Source: Okamejei kenojei (Eukaryota). Taken from it: DNA of 64,000 nt. The notes under the pieces were generated by a model. The model made no database searches. It saw only the letters and a list, made by a program, of their open reading frames with translations, and was not told the DNA's origin. Below are positions 26,655 to 40,586 of this stretch, piece after piece; positions within the stretch are counted from its first letter, which is position 1, and every line of letters starts with the position of its first letter. The DNA is taken from NCBI GenBank assembly GCA_035221665.1, contig CM069134.1, positions 31,434,001 through 31,498,000 on the forward strand, read 5' to 3'. Position numbers and translations under genes: made by a program.

Positions 26655-27747
26655 TTACGGAGACAGAGACCCGGATTTGATCCTGACTTTAAATGGCTTA
26701 AAACTAGGTAAAATACTCCAGGTATGGTCTTGCTTGCATCCTACAATTGTACAACACGGGTAGTTTTGCTTAAAGTTGTTTTCACAATGCAACTCGAATA
26801 TTACGTAATTGATGAATTGGGGATCACTATTTCTAGGCTGAATTGGTCACACGAGCTGTGTTATCTCACTTTCTTATCCACTCCCTACACAGTGGGGCAA
26901 TTTTACAGAGGCCAGTTAACCTTCAAGCCGGCACTCTTTTTGGAAGTGGGAGGAAACCAGAGGAACCCCCACATGGACACAGAGAGAACGTGCAAACTCC
27001 CGCAGACAGTGGGTTTCTTCTGGGTGGCCAATCATGAGCAGCTAGCTATAGCAGCAAGATCTATATTGGGGTCATTACAGTGTGGAAAACAGACCCTTCA
27101 GCCCAACTTTCCCACACCGAAAAACATGTCTCAGCTGCACTAGTCCAACCTGCCTGCTTTTGTCCCATATCCCTCTAAACCTGTCCTAGCTATGTACTAT
27201 ATTGTTTGGAGTTTAGAAAAATGAGGGGTAATCTTTAAGAAACGTACAAAACTTCTGAGGGGTCATGACAGGGCACATGTGGAGATGTTTCCATTAGAGG
27301 GTGAATCCCAAATGAGGTAAACTCTGATAATCACCTATTTGACGACTCAGAAATACTGATGCCTTGGCATCTGGAGCACCAAGCAATGATTACTTCACAT
27401 ATTTTTGAAATATCATGGTCCCGGTCTCAGCTCCCACTCTAACTCACCTGGGGGCCTGCTTCCATGCTGTCTCTAAACAGATATTATAGTGGCATTTAAG
27501 AGATGTTTGGATAGGCTTACGGATGTGCAAGGAAATGGAGGTACAGTATATGGATTGCGTGCAGGCAGATAAGAGTTGGTCTGGGCATCATGCTCGGCAC
27601 GGACATCGTGGGCCAAAGGGACTGCTTCTGTGCTGTACTGTCAAAGTTTTATGAGCAGGGGTCCATTACTCAAGCTCCTTTTAAACATACTAGGATTAAT
27701 GGGAAATCTATTATAATACTGTTTAACATCTGAAAAAAAAGGAATAT

Positions 27748-29072
27748 TGTGGCGGCACCCGGTGGTTGGGCCACGAGCTACACAAACCCTCCGCAGTCGA
27801 TCACGTGACTGGGCAATGGCAGGGAGGAGATGTCACGGGGTACAGGGGTATGTCCTGGGATATATAACGAACCCTGGGACAACCCTCTCTCTCTCTCTCT
27901 CTCTCTCCCTTACTTTGAGCTGACCAGCTCTCTTCTCTCTAGGGATGAGTGTCCTTCCACCTCAGCAGGGGCTCAGCTCGAGCCCACGAGGCAACAGCCT
28001 CGCAGCAGCAACAACAACTTTATGTTAGAGGACCAACGTGCATGTATTATGTCTGGATGATGGGGTGGAAAATTGGATAAGTAAGTATGCAGATGATACT
28101 AAGAAAGGTGGTGTTGTGGATAATGAAGTAGATTTTCAAAGTCTACAGAGAGATTTGGACATATGGAAAGTGGGCTGAAAGATGGCAGATGGAGTTTAAT
28201 GCTGATAGTGTGAAGTGCTACATCTTGGCAGGACAAATCAAAATAGGACGTACATGGTAAATGGTAAGGAATTGATGAATGTTGTGGAACAGAGAGATCT
28301 AGGAATAACTGTGCGTAGTTCCCTGAAGGTGGAATCGCATGTAGATGGGGTGGTAAAGAAAGCCTTTGGTATGCTGGCCTTTATAAATCAGAGCATTGAA
28401 TATAGGAGCAGGGAAGTAATGTTAAAATTGTGTACAAGGCATTGGTGAGACCAATTCTGAGTATGGTGTACAATTTTGGTCGCCTAATTATAGGAAGGAT
28501 GTCAACAAAATAGAGAGAGTACAGAGAAGATTTACTAGAATGTTGCCTGGGATCCAGCAGCTATGTTACAGAGAAAGGTTGACAAGTTAGGTCTTTATTT
28601 TTTGGAGCGCAGAAGGTTAAGGGGGGACTTGATTGAGGTTTTAAAATGATGAAAGGGATAGACAGAGTTGACGTGGATAAGCTTTCCCATTAAGGGTAGG
28701 GAAGATTCAAACAAGAGGGCATGACATGCGAATTAAGGGACGGATGTTTTAGGGTTACGTGAGGGGAACTTCTTTACTCAGAGGGGTGGTGGCTGTGTGG
28801 AATGAGCTTCCAGCAGAAGTGGTGGAGGCAGGATCGATTTGAACATTTAAAAGTAAAGTGGATAGGTATATGGACGGGAAGGGAATGGAGGGGGTATGGT
28901 TCTGAGTGCAGGTTAGATGGGACTAGGGGAAAAACAAATGGTCGGCACAGACTGGAAAGGATCGAGAGGGCCTGTTTCCGTGCTGTAATTGTTATTTGGT
29001 TATATGGTTATAAGAAACCTTTTATGCCTGAATAAAGTAACCCATTTGTTCACCACGTTTGGTGCCTCTACA
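27748..29072 (+). mobile_element. Solo LTR interrupted by a CR1 fragment (about 28040-29010)
   Basis: Termini TGTGGCGGCACC...GGTGCCTCTACA; TATATAA near 27861; AATAAA at 29031; flanks ATAT/ATGT. Confidence 0.7.
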
Positions 29073-29788
29073 ATGTAAAAATTGTGTTGGGGTTTGAATG
29101 GGAATAACATCCAATAGGCCTGAAGATCTGTGCGTCCCGCAAAATCCAGATCATCAAAGTTTTACTGTGGTTACACAAGATTAGTGGGCAGTCATTTTGA
29201 GATTCAGGCGCATGGAAAATTCATACAGTGGGTGGTGAATCTCTGGAATTCTCCATCACGGTGTGTTGCAGTGGCGAGATCATTGTTGGTATTTATAGAA
29301 GTTTATAATATTTCGAAAGATCAGACAAATGGGCTACAGGGAAATGGTACAAAAGACGAGAGGAGGCCTTGAGCAGATCAGTGTGGCTTAAGGTGCTGAG
29401 TGGTCTACTTCAGCTCTAATTTTCTATGTAATAAAAAGGAGAGGCAGATTCTAGTTTATTCCAAAGACAGACACAAAGTGCTGGTGTAACACTATCCTGC
29501 ACAATAGGGGCAATTTTAAACTTACCAAAGCTAATTAACCCACAAACCCATACGTCATCGGAATGTGGGAGGAAACCGTAGCACCCGAAGAAAACCCATG
29601 CGGTCACAGGGAGAACATACAAACTCTGTACAAACAGAACATACAAACTCTGTACAAACAGAACATACAAACTCTGTACAAACAGCATCCGGTTCTCTGG
29701 CACTGTAAGTCAGCAACTCTACCACTGTGCCATGTCAAGACACCTGCCCATTTTCTCCAGAGATGCTGCCTGACCCACTGAGTTATTC

Positions 29789-32572
29789 TGTGGCGCGTTT
29801 TGCATACAGCCTGTCACCACTGGCGACTCACAAGCAGCCTCAAGAGAAGGTCCAGCCACAAGAGCTGAATAACAACTCCAAAGTCAGACGCACTAATTGG
29901 CCTTATCTGCACACGGGTTATGATTGGCGAGAATGTAGATAAAAGGGGCTTCTGGAATAAACGGGACACAAGGTGTCTGGCTCAGCTGGGTGTTGTTTGT
30001 TCTTTGCTTTCTGTCATGGGATTCAGTAGATCCTACAACTGGTGACCCCGTTGCTACACGCTACCTTCCACTTAATCACAAAATGTATGACGATAAAGGT
30101 GACACGATAGACAAGTCTTTGCCCATAAACCAACGTCATGCTTGATGAAAGGCCAGATGAAACATTCAGAGATTAGTTTTATCGTAGCCTTCTTGCCCGG
30201 ATGCGACAATATGGTGCAGCGGCCCGGTCGTGTCAACCTCCTTGCTCCTTCTACAAACATCAACACCCGGGGAAACGACGAGGCCCGGCAGTAGAGGCGA
30301 CTGCTGCCCGTGGGCAAACTAGCCACCGTTTTTTTTGTCAGCGATTGTCTTTCGGGTATACACTATCTCATTGACTCCAGCGCCAAGTTATCGGCCGTTC
30401 CTCATAGTTCCCAAGAGTGTTTACACCCTAATCCCGGATGTGTTCTCACCTCTGCGAACAATTCTAGCATACAGACATTCAGTCAGAAATCAGTCACGCT
30501 CGACTTCAGTCTGCAGAAAACGTTTAGCTGGATTCTCACAGTTGCTGACATATCAAAACCCATTAACAGAGTGGATTTTCTTTCAAACTTTTATTTGCTG
30601 GTGGATTTAAGAAATCGCCGCTTAAGTGATTACTGCTCCCACGTACAGGTGAACTGCATCTGCCGTCCGGCAATGACTATCTCTCACCTTACCAGCCTCC
30701 AACCCAGCACCGGCCCATATCAGGAGTTACTTAAACAATTTCCATGACTAATAACTCCATCTTACCGGCACAAGGATATCAAACACGCTGTCACGCATCA
30801 TATTCAGACCCGCGGCCCTCCCGTTTCGGCAAGAACGCGCAGGTTCCCCGTAGACCGCCACAAAGTTGCAAAGGCCGAATTTGACCATATGTTGGAGCTC
30901 AGGATAATCAGCAGGTCTAGGAGCTGCTGGTTATCACATGGTCCAGAAGAAGTCTCCCGGAGATTGGCGATCTTGCAGCCACCACCGTTCAATAAACAAT
31001 GCCACTATTCCAGATCGATACAGCATCCACATTTGCAGGATTTCTCCGCAAGCCTACAGGGTAAGCAAGCATCGATCTCGTGCGCGCCTGTCGACATTCC
31101 CAATATCTCGTGCGTTTATCGAGCCTGCCGATATTCCCAAGATAGCCGTGGTCACTCCGCTCGGGACGTTCGGATTTCAACAGATGCCGTTTGGTTTACA
31201 GAATGCAGCACAATCGTTCCAGCGTTTCATGGACCACATACTCTCCGGCCTCGATTTCGTGTTGCGATAACTTGCGAGCTCCAGCGAAGACAAACTCAAG
31301 AAACACCTCGGATTACTTTTCCAGCATCTCGACGAATACGGTATTGTCATTAAGACGAACAAATGCGTGTTCGGCGTTCGAGAACTCACTTTCCTCAGGC
31401 ATGACGTGATGGAGAACGGCATCGTGCCCGGCGAATCAAAGGTGCAGGAAATCCGAAACACAGTGCCAAATCCGTTAAATGAATTATGCCGATTTTTGGG
31501 GATGATGAATTTCTACTGCCACTTTCAGGTCAGGTCGGGGGGAGTTCCCCCCGCCACGGGTACCTTGTAATCCCGTGCTACCTGCTCCACGATCGGATAG
31601 TCGGCGACTAAACTGTCTCCCCGACCTGGTTTGCCAGGTGAGGAGGGGGCTGTGGACCCCCAGCAGGATGACAGGATGCTATCCCAGTCATCAACATTTC
31701 AGCGGAAACAATTTGTTGACCGATGGATTTTGGTCTTTAGGGACCCAAGTATGATCACAACAGACCAAGGACCGCAATTCGAGTCTGCTCTGTTTCAAAC
31801 ACGAACCGACCTCGTGGGTACGAACCAGATTAGAACGACTGCGTATCATCCACAAGTGAATGGCCTGATTGAACGGTTCAATTGGCAGTTGAAAGCCGCT
31901 CTGGCAGCCAGAGTAGGCGCGTCGAACTGCAGTGAACAGTTGCCTCTGATTCAGCGTGACATTCGTACGGCGGTGAAAACAGACCAAGGATGCTCGTCGG
32001 CGGAAATGGTTTATGGCACAACTCTGAGGCTGCCCGGTGAATTTGTCGAACCAATCCCCACAGACAGGTCATATGACCCAAGCAGGTATGCTGACCTCTT
32101 CAGCAAGTATACAATGGCTCATTACAAAGCCATCCAATGCCTACTCAAATATTTTGTGATCTATCGGAACGGAAAAACTGACACCGTATCCGTCGACTGC
32201 TTAAAGCCAGCATGCGTCAAGAAGCAACCGACTACTTCACCCACCGAACTGGCGAAGTTACAAGACCCCAACACTTCCTGTCAAAGACCACCCACACTGT
32301 AGTACCAAACAAGATCAGGCTGTAAAATCAACCCGCCAGACTGGTACGGGGCAGGACAAAGCCAGGCAGTTGCCACCTTGTATGACTCAGTGGCTGAGGG
32401 GGAGCTGTTGGGCCTTCATGCCCACGTTGGTTTTGCATACAACCTGTCACCGCTGGCAACTCGCCAGCAGCCTCACGTGAAGGTCCAGCCACAAGAGCTC
32501 AATAACAACTCCAAGGTCAAACGCACTAATTGGCCTTATCTGCACACGGGTTATGATTGGTGAGAATAAAGG
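29789..32572 (+). mobile_element. Degenerate, rearranged Gypsy LTR retrotransposon
   Basis: 5' LTR 29789-30037; PBS TGGTGACCCCG at 30040; protease (YLIDSSA); RT (TPLGTF...MPFGLQNAAQSFQRFMD); integrase (ITTDQGPQFES, AYHPQVNGLIER); PPT at 32396-32404; partial 3' LTR from 32406. Confidence 0.9.
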
Positions 32573-32574
32573 TA

Positions 32575-33702
32575 CAGTGCCCTCCATAATGTTTGGGACA
32601 AAGACCCATCATTTATTTATTTGCCTCTGTGCTCCACAATTTGAGATTTGTAATAGAAAAAAAATCACATGTGGTTAAAGTTCACATTGTCAGATTTTAA
32701 TAAAGGCCATTTTTAGACATTTTGGTTTCACCATGTAGAAATGACAGCAGTGTTTATACATAGTCTCCCCATTTTAGGGCACCATCATGTTTGGGACACA
32801 GCAATGTCATGTAAATGAAAGTAGTCATGTTTAGTATTTTGTTGCATATCTTTTGCATGCAATGACTGCTTGAAGTCTATGATTCATGGACATCACCAGT
32901 TGCTGGGTGTCTTCTCTGGTGATGCTCTGCCAGGCCTGTATTGCAGCCATATTTAGTTTATGCTTGCTTTGGGGGCTAGTCCCCTTCAGTTTTCTCTTCA
33001 GCATATAAGAGGCATGCTCAATTGGGTTCAGATCGGGTGATTGACTTGGCCACTCAAGAATTGACCATTATTTTAACTTTGAAAAACTCCTTTGCTGCTT
33101 TAGCAGTATTTTGGGATCATTGTCTTGCTGTAGAATGAACCACCGGTCAATGAGTTTTGAGGCATTTGTTTGAACTTGAGCAGATAGGATGTGTCTATAC
33201 ACTTCAGAATTAATTATGCTACTACCATCAGCAGTTGTATCATCAATGAAGATAAGTGAGTAAGTACCTTCAGCAGCCATACATGCCCAGGTCATAACAC
33301 CCCCGCCACCATGTTTCACAGATGAGGTCGTATGCTTTGGATCTTGGGCAGTTGCTTCTCTCCTCCATACTTTGCTCTTGCCAGTACTCTGATTTAAGTT
33401 AATCTTCATCTCATCTGCCTACAAGACCTTTTTCCAGAACTGTGGTTGTTCTTTTAAGTACTTCTTGGCAAACTGTAACCTGGCCATCCTATTTTTGCTG
33501 CTAACCAGTGGTTTGCATCTTGCAGCGTATCTCTGTATTTCTGTTCATGAAGTCTTCTTCGGACAGTGGTCATTGACAAATCGACACCTGAGTGTTTCTG
33601 ATCTGTCACAGATGAGGTGGCATGCTTTGGATCTTGGGCAGTTCCTTCTCTCCTCCATAGATAAATGATGGGACTTTGTCCCAAACATTATGGAGGGCAC
33701 TC
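32575..33702 (-). mobile_element. Tc1/mariner transposon, internally deleted
   Basis: TA-flanked TIRs CAGTGCCCTCCATAATGTTTGGGACAAAG; transposase motifs KHGGGGVMTW, QQDNDPK and SPDLNPIE on the minus strand. Confidence 0.92.
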
Positions 33703-34912
33703 TATCTATACACTATGAATGGCTCGATGTAATCACGTATTGTCTTTCCACTGGTTGGTTAGCACGCAACAAAAGCTTTTCACTGTACCTCGGTACACGC
33801 GACAATAAATTAAACTGAACGGATCCTCAGGATCCAGACCCAAGTCTGGACAGGCCACAGCATTCACAATCCCAAACAACAATCCTAAAACAGAAATGTT
33901 ATTGTGAACTTTCACAGGCACAGATTACCTCGCAGACAAGAGAAAAGAATCAAACATGGTTACAAAAGCATCTTGAAAAAGGTGCAATATCCCCACTGGC
34001 TACTGGGGATCCCTGGCTACGGCCACTCAAAATAGAGGAGGAACACTCAAGGTGGCACGAAGCACGTCAGCTCCCTGCATCCGATGCACATAGAAGGTCA
34101 GTGTAAGTGACAGGAAGGGAGCATCGTCTCATAAATTACCCATCCATCAGCTGTCATTTCTGAGCATCAGCTACTCCACACCTGGAGAAAACGGAAAGGC
34201 ACAAAATTATGCAGTAACTCTGCAGGTCATCCAGCATCCCTGGAGAAAAAAGAAAGGTGATGTCTTGGGTTGGGACCCTTCCTCTGACTAATGTCTGCAT
34301 AAATACTAAAGAAGGGTCCCGACACAAAATGTCACCTATCCATATTTATTAATGCCTACTATATTCTGTTGTGCTGAAGCTAAGCAAGAATTTCATTGTC
34401 CTATCTTGGACACATGACAATAAACTCTCTTGAATCTTGTCCACAGATGCTGCCTGATCCACTGAGTTACTCCAGCATTTTGAATCAGCATCTGTAGTTC
34501 CTTGTTTCCACAATCTGGAAAAATCTCTAGATCCCACATTGGCCCCAACAATCACCTCAAAACTGGCGTCAAAGTTATGCTTGATCACTAGAGACCACCA
34601 AAGCAATGATTTGAAGCAAAAAACTTCCTTGTAATTGTACCCTTAAAGACACAATTAAAGCAGAACTGCTCCTGGTTCTTTAAAATCATTTTATTAACTT
34701 AGACTACACTTTCAAATTGGTACTTGAAAACTGCTCACTACATTAAAACAATTTTCATCAAAGTGAAAATGTTATATCAAGGTACTACCTGATATACAAA
34801 TATATAATCTGCTAGTACTAAAATGTCAACAAGGTATTTAACAACCAGTAAAAGGCAGCCATCATAACGTTAATCAATTTTCCCTTCATACTTTGCAAGA
34901 AATGATTCCCAG

Positions 34913-37900
34913 AAGACTTCCGGTGGCGCCATGGAGGGCTAGAGAGTAACGCCAGCCAGCTCCGTGAAAAAAACGAGGAAAAACCGGGGAGAAAAGAGCT
35001 ACCTGCTGCCTGATGTTTCTGCACCGGCTGCCGAGAGTGACGTCATCAGGCGTGCGACTCGTAATGGCAACACAGCGCAGCCCACCCGTGGATAAATAAA
35101 AACTTCGATATACAAGACAAAAAACGGCAGAACAAGAACAAGGCCCAACTGAAGCCTCGGGCTCAGGTAGGACACTATCCCAAGAAGATGTGTCGAAAAA
35201 ATCGAAAATTGAAGAACTTAAAGTTTTTTTTGTACAAGAAATGGTAGAGTTAAAGAAATAAATAAAGTTGGAATTAAAGACTGAACTGGCAAAAATGAAT
35301 TTTAAGGAAGAAATAGAAAAAATCAAGGAGGAGATGAAAGAGTTAAAGTCTGAAATCAATATCTCGGCCACGGAATTATCTGACACATTGCAAAAGGAAA
35401 TTGCAGAAATATTAAAGGATCGAGCTGCAAATATAGTAGTAGAGATGAATGATAAAATCCAAAGTAAGATGGAAACAGAGCTGGAACCTGTGGAGGAGAG
35501 AGACTCAAGGAGCAGTCGACAGCCATAAAGAACCTTGAAGATTTAGCCGAAACAAGTGCTCAGACTATGAAAACACTCTCAAGAAAATCAACATCTATCT
35601 GATTTTTACTGGGCAAAATAACTGATAAATGTACCGAGTTGGAAGGACGCCAGAGAAGACAGAACCTAAGGATCGTGGTATTTCGAGAAGGGAGAGAAAA
35701 GAATCAAGATACCGAGAGGTTTACTGCAAACCTATTGCAAAAGGTTTTATCTCTGGAACAAAAGCCTTTACTAGCCCGAGCACACAGAGTAATGGAGACG
35801 TTTTTCAAGGCAGGACGCCCCTCAAGACAAATGATAGTAAAAGTCCAGTATGATCATGTCCTGGAGGAGATGATGAACAAAATTGTAAAAAGTAGAAATC
35901 TTACATACGAAGAAGATTCGATCAGCATTTATCGAGACTACCCAGCAGAGGTCTCCAAGAAACGAAATGCGTTCAAGGAGACCAAAAGAATTTTGAAGGA
36001 AGTGAAGAATTTGAAGTGTTGAGGTACCCCAGCCACCTGAGAGTCACCTACAACCAGGAATTATTTCAAAAACCAGCGGATGCAATGAACTTTGCCCAGT
36101 GGGATTAAGGAACGAGAGGAAGACTGAATGAAATCTTCAAAGATGAACTATACCAACAAATAAATTGTATTTTCAGGATTGGAGTGGACTATGGACTTGT
36201 TGCACCTAAAGAAGATGGAGAAGGAAGCGGATTGGAGACTCGGATTGGAGATACGGATTGGAGACTCTCCTATGGATACTAACAATTAGAATAATAACAC
36301 TACTAATATTAATAACTAACAAATATTAAAATTTATACAGCGGTTTTATTATTAATTAAAGCTGATAACCAACAATTAATGATTAACAACTAATTATAGC
36401 TGATTTACTTAGAATTAGGTAAACAGTAAATATAATCACACAGAATATAAAGTTTGACTTCATTTATCCCCCCTGGCACTTTTTTTCCCCTCCCTTTAAA
36501 ATTTTTTTTATTTTAATTATATCTTTTAATATGTATTAAGTATAGATATTATCATATACTTGACCGATGGATCCTGTACACATCAGAGTTTTAATATTCC
36601 CGGTTAAATATTTTTATGGAATAACAATTTTAAGGAACCATGGAGATGGATAAGTTTGTAACATCGACTACGGAAGTCGGTAGATTGCTAGCCATGGTAG
36701 TATGGCTAACACTAACTACACTAATATTAGATGTTTTTTCTCTCTTTGTTGCACCCTATTAATCTCTTAATCTATCCTTTTTTATATATTATTCTTTGTT
36801 ATTATTATTTTATATTTGAATGGAGTTATAAATTAATACAAAGGAGATTATACGTGAAGAGATACCCAAGGGTCTTGAAATTCATCTATTCGGTGTTCGG
36901 GTGTAAAGTCGGGTATGTCGAGCTGAACCATTTGCTCTATTACATACCTCCTTAGATAAAAGATGCAAGACTAAAAACGAATACGGGGAATGGAGGAATA
37001 ACGTTTTGTAATGAATGTTAAAGGTATTGATACCATTTGAGAGGTATTAGCACATTTAAAAGCACTTAAAGTAAACGTGCATTTATCCAAGAGACACATC
37101 CAAAAAAATATGCCGAGCATAGATTAAAGGCTAAATGGATTGACAAAGCGTATCATTCTTCTTTTACACACAAATCTAGAGGTGTAGCAATTTAATTCAT
37201 AAAGGAATTTCATTTAAACACACTTCAACTATAACTGATAGATGGTAGATATATTATTGTAATAGGAGAATTATACACACAAAAAAAGATTTTTGTCAAT
37301 GTATATGGCCCAAATTTTGACAGCCCAGTTTTTTAAGAAAATATTTAATACTATCCCAGAATTACCACAACACAACCTAATAATTGGAGGAGATTTAAAT
37401 TGTACACTAGATCCTTATTTAGACAGATCATCAAGACAACGGAAAATTTTACATAACATTCTATGATCTGATAGCACCACGTTTGAAGACACTTTATGAA
37501 TATATTTATGCACAACAGAAATTACCAGAAACATTAAAATGAATCTATTATAACACTTATACCTAAATTAGATAAAGATCTGGATGATCCAGGGTCGTAT
37601 AGAGCCATAGCTCTTTTAAATACTGATCAAAAAATATTAACCAAAATACTAGCACAAAGACTAAATACAGTGATTAATAAAGTAATTCATTCAGATCAAA
37701 TAGGATTTATACCAAAACGATACACCTCATATAACCCGAGACGATTATTCAATATTATATACTCGAAAAGAAATATTAATAAAGATCTAGCAATTATCTC
37801 ATTAGACGCAGAGAAAGCTTTTGATCAGGTTGAATGGTCTTATTTATTTTCGGTTATGGAAACTTTTCAGTTGGGAGAGAAGTTTATAACATGGGTTAAA

Positions 37901-40586
37901 CTACTTTATATCCCTTCTATGAATATTCATGAGTATTCTAGAAACGTGATTGGTCAATCGGTATTCGATGAATAAAAAATAAATTGCACTAGCTCCGATT
38001 ATTTTTTGCTATTTTCTCCTGGACAGCACTGCGCATGCTCTTTTTACTAATTTCTTCCTTGGTAAAACTGCGCATGCTCAAAACTCGGAAGGGGTAAGTC
38101 GATTTATTTTCTGTACTTTTTATTTTTATTAGATGTTTTTGAAGGGATATAAACCAATATACCAAGATTTTAGTTCAAAGTATAGTGAAAATTATTATCT
38201 TCGGAGGGACTGTCAATAGTTTACTATTTTTTCCTCGGGGCTTCGCCCCTCGGAATAATATTGCTTTACTTGCCAGTCCTCTCAGATAGATTATTTTCCA
38301 CTATTCTTTCTCACAGCTTGGTATATTTGTATTTGTAGAACTATGCAACAAATCAAATGTTATCAACTAAATTTAAATTTATCCTGAGGCTGTAGACAAG
38401 GTTGTCCTCTATCGCCACTACTGTTTCGCACTGGCATTGAACATTAGCACAATCGAAGATTACATCTGAAATATACGGGTATGAAACCAAAGAAATGAAA
38501 TTAAAATTTCCTTATACGCAGGATGATGTATTATTTTATAGTATAAGCCTGAAAACTAGTATCCATAACTTATTAGATCTAATCTCAATTTGGCTTGTTT
38601 TCAGGTATAGAATTATTTGGATTTAATGTGAGTGCTTTTGAACATGCCAATAATGGGTATTTATACCCATCATAGTCGTCAACTATTACCTTTTCTAGAA
38701 ACTAAAAAAAAGGACTAGCAACATAGCATTCATATGATAAAATTCAAAATATCTTGGATTTAATGTATGTCAATAAAAGATATGATTCTTCTTTATATTA
38801 ATATAATTTTCCACCCCTACTGATAAAACTACTTAAGATATCCTGGATGGGAATAACATTACCTATCTATGCTAGTTAGAATTAAGATAAAAATTATTTT
38901 TTTCCGCATATTATTTAACTGGTTTCAACTGATCCCGATATTTATCTTACCAACATTTTAAGAAAGTGGACTCTATAGTTACTAATTTTTTTTGGGGATA
39001 TAAAAAATCATAGAATAAATAAAAAACATCTATTAAATAAAAAATAAATGGAGGTTTTGCCACTGCCAATTTTATGTTTTACTACTGGGCAGTTAATATT
39101 AAAAAAGTATGAATTTTTGCTGGAAGAATTAGATATGAAACAGCCAAACTGTCTTTTATATGGATGAAATAGCTTGTTCACCTTTTCGATTAAGCTCGAT
39201 TTTATTTTGCCAATACTAAAATAAGTTAAGAAAAAATTGTTATAGAGGAAAATCCAATATAGAAAGTAGGATACGTTATCTTGGAAACAAAGAAACATTT
39301 AAAATTGGAACGTATACGATGGCTTCTTTACCATTGTAAAAACAAACATCATCTTTAAACCCTCAATGAGGATTTTAATAAAAGGTTTTTTACAAGGTTG
39401 GAGACTATGGAATTAATAAGTTCTGGGTGATCTCTACAGGCGGAAAAGTCTCTTTCTTTCATTTGAATTTACAACAAAAATTACGGATTACATCAACGCG
39501 TACTTTAGATATTTTAACAAATTAGAGGACAATGTTAAATCACAAACAGGAATTTTAGAATAGGACCTAAAATTTTAGATGATGTCAAAGAGTAAATATC
39601 CGAAACGAGAAAATTAAATATGTTAGTTTTTTATTGAAAATATGTACAAGTCAGAAATATATAGGCAAGTATGGGAAAAAAACGAATTAGTCAAACCAAT
39701 TAGTCTAGAAGTAGGAATGAAAGTTTACAACTATATTACACACTGCTCATTAAATGCCAGACACTTTTGTTGACAATTTAGTTTACATACATTCGCACGT
39801 CTTTGCAAAATCCATATTAACAGTATCTTTTCAAATGTTTGTTTTGTGACTAAATGTCTGCATTTGGAAGGTAAAACTAAAGCACATTCAAAATTGTATA
39901 TAAAAATTTACTAATTTTTGGACCGAACATTTTTAAAGATAATCTGAATGTTGTAATGATATCTGACTCCAGACTCAAAATTAACTTATTTAGGAATATT
40001 AGAAATAGGATCAACTACTATCATAACAGAACAGATAATAATTTTATCGCGAATTATAGATAATGGTAAAAAAATAAAGATATTAAGATTTGGAAAGAGT
40101 CTACATCCCCCACAATCAAAATGTGGATTAAAGAAATGTCGGAGACACTTATCTGAAAGAAGATTGAAGACTTGTCCTTTTGGGACAAGCTAGATCTGTC
40201 AGAGGAATATATGGTCTCCATTTTTGAATATTTAAAGGGTCTAAAGGTGGCGGTGTCGAGGGCCTGAATGAAACCTGGAATGAAGGAATAGATGAAGAAC
40301 TATATATTATATAGACCCATGATATAATCTCCAATGAAGTATAGCCTGCTTTAATTAGTCCACTTTATTATTGTATTTTCTACTTTTTTTTATTTTCTTT
40401 ATTATTTCTCTTTACTATCTTCTTTCTGTTATAAATTATATAAAAAAGTATAGAAAGTTATAAATAAGATATGATTTAAACTTGTAAAATATTAAGAAGG
40501 TATGTGACGAATAAAATTATCTCTTTATTTTTATGTTTATTTTCCTTAATTATATTTACTTCTAATAAAAAATATTTTACAAAAAA
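34913..40586 (+). mobile_element. Full-length (end-to-end) degenerate L1-clade LINE
   Basis: 16-bp TSD AAGAAATGATTCCCAG (34897-34912 / 40587-40602); GACTTCCGGT 5' end; ORF1 coiled-coil and LEGRQRRQNLRI; ORF2 IGGDLN, SYRAIALLN, SLDAEKAFDQVEW and GCRQGCPLSP; AATAAA and A-tail. Confidence 0.92.
37908..38330. mobile_element. Unclassified non-autonomous insertion in L1 ORF2 (possibly Crypton-like)
   Basis: Interrupts the RT between WVKLLY and TNQMLS...GCRQGCP; paired CTGCGCATGCTC motifs and an internal inverted repeat ATATACCAAG/CTTGGTATAT. Confidence 0.5.

Noticed and set aside
29612-29684. 24-bp unit x3 giving a repetitive peptide
   Set aside because: Slippage duplication inside a SINE.
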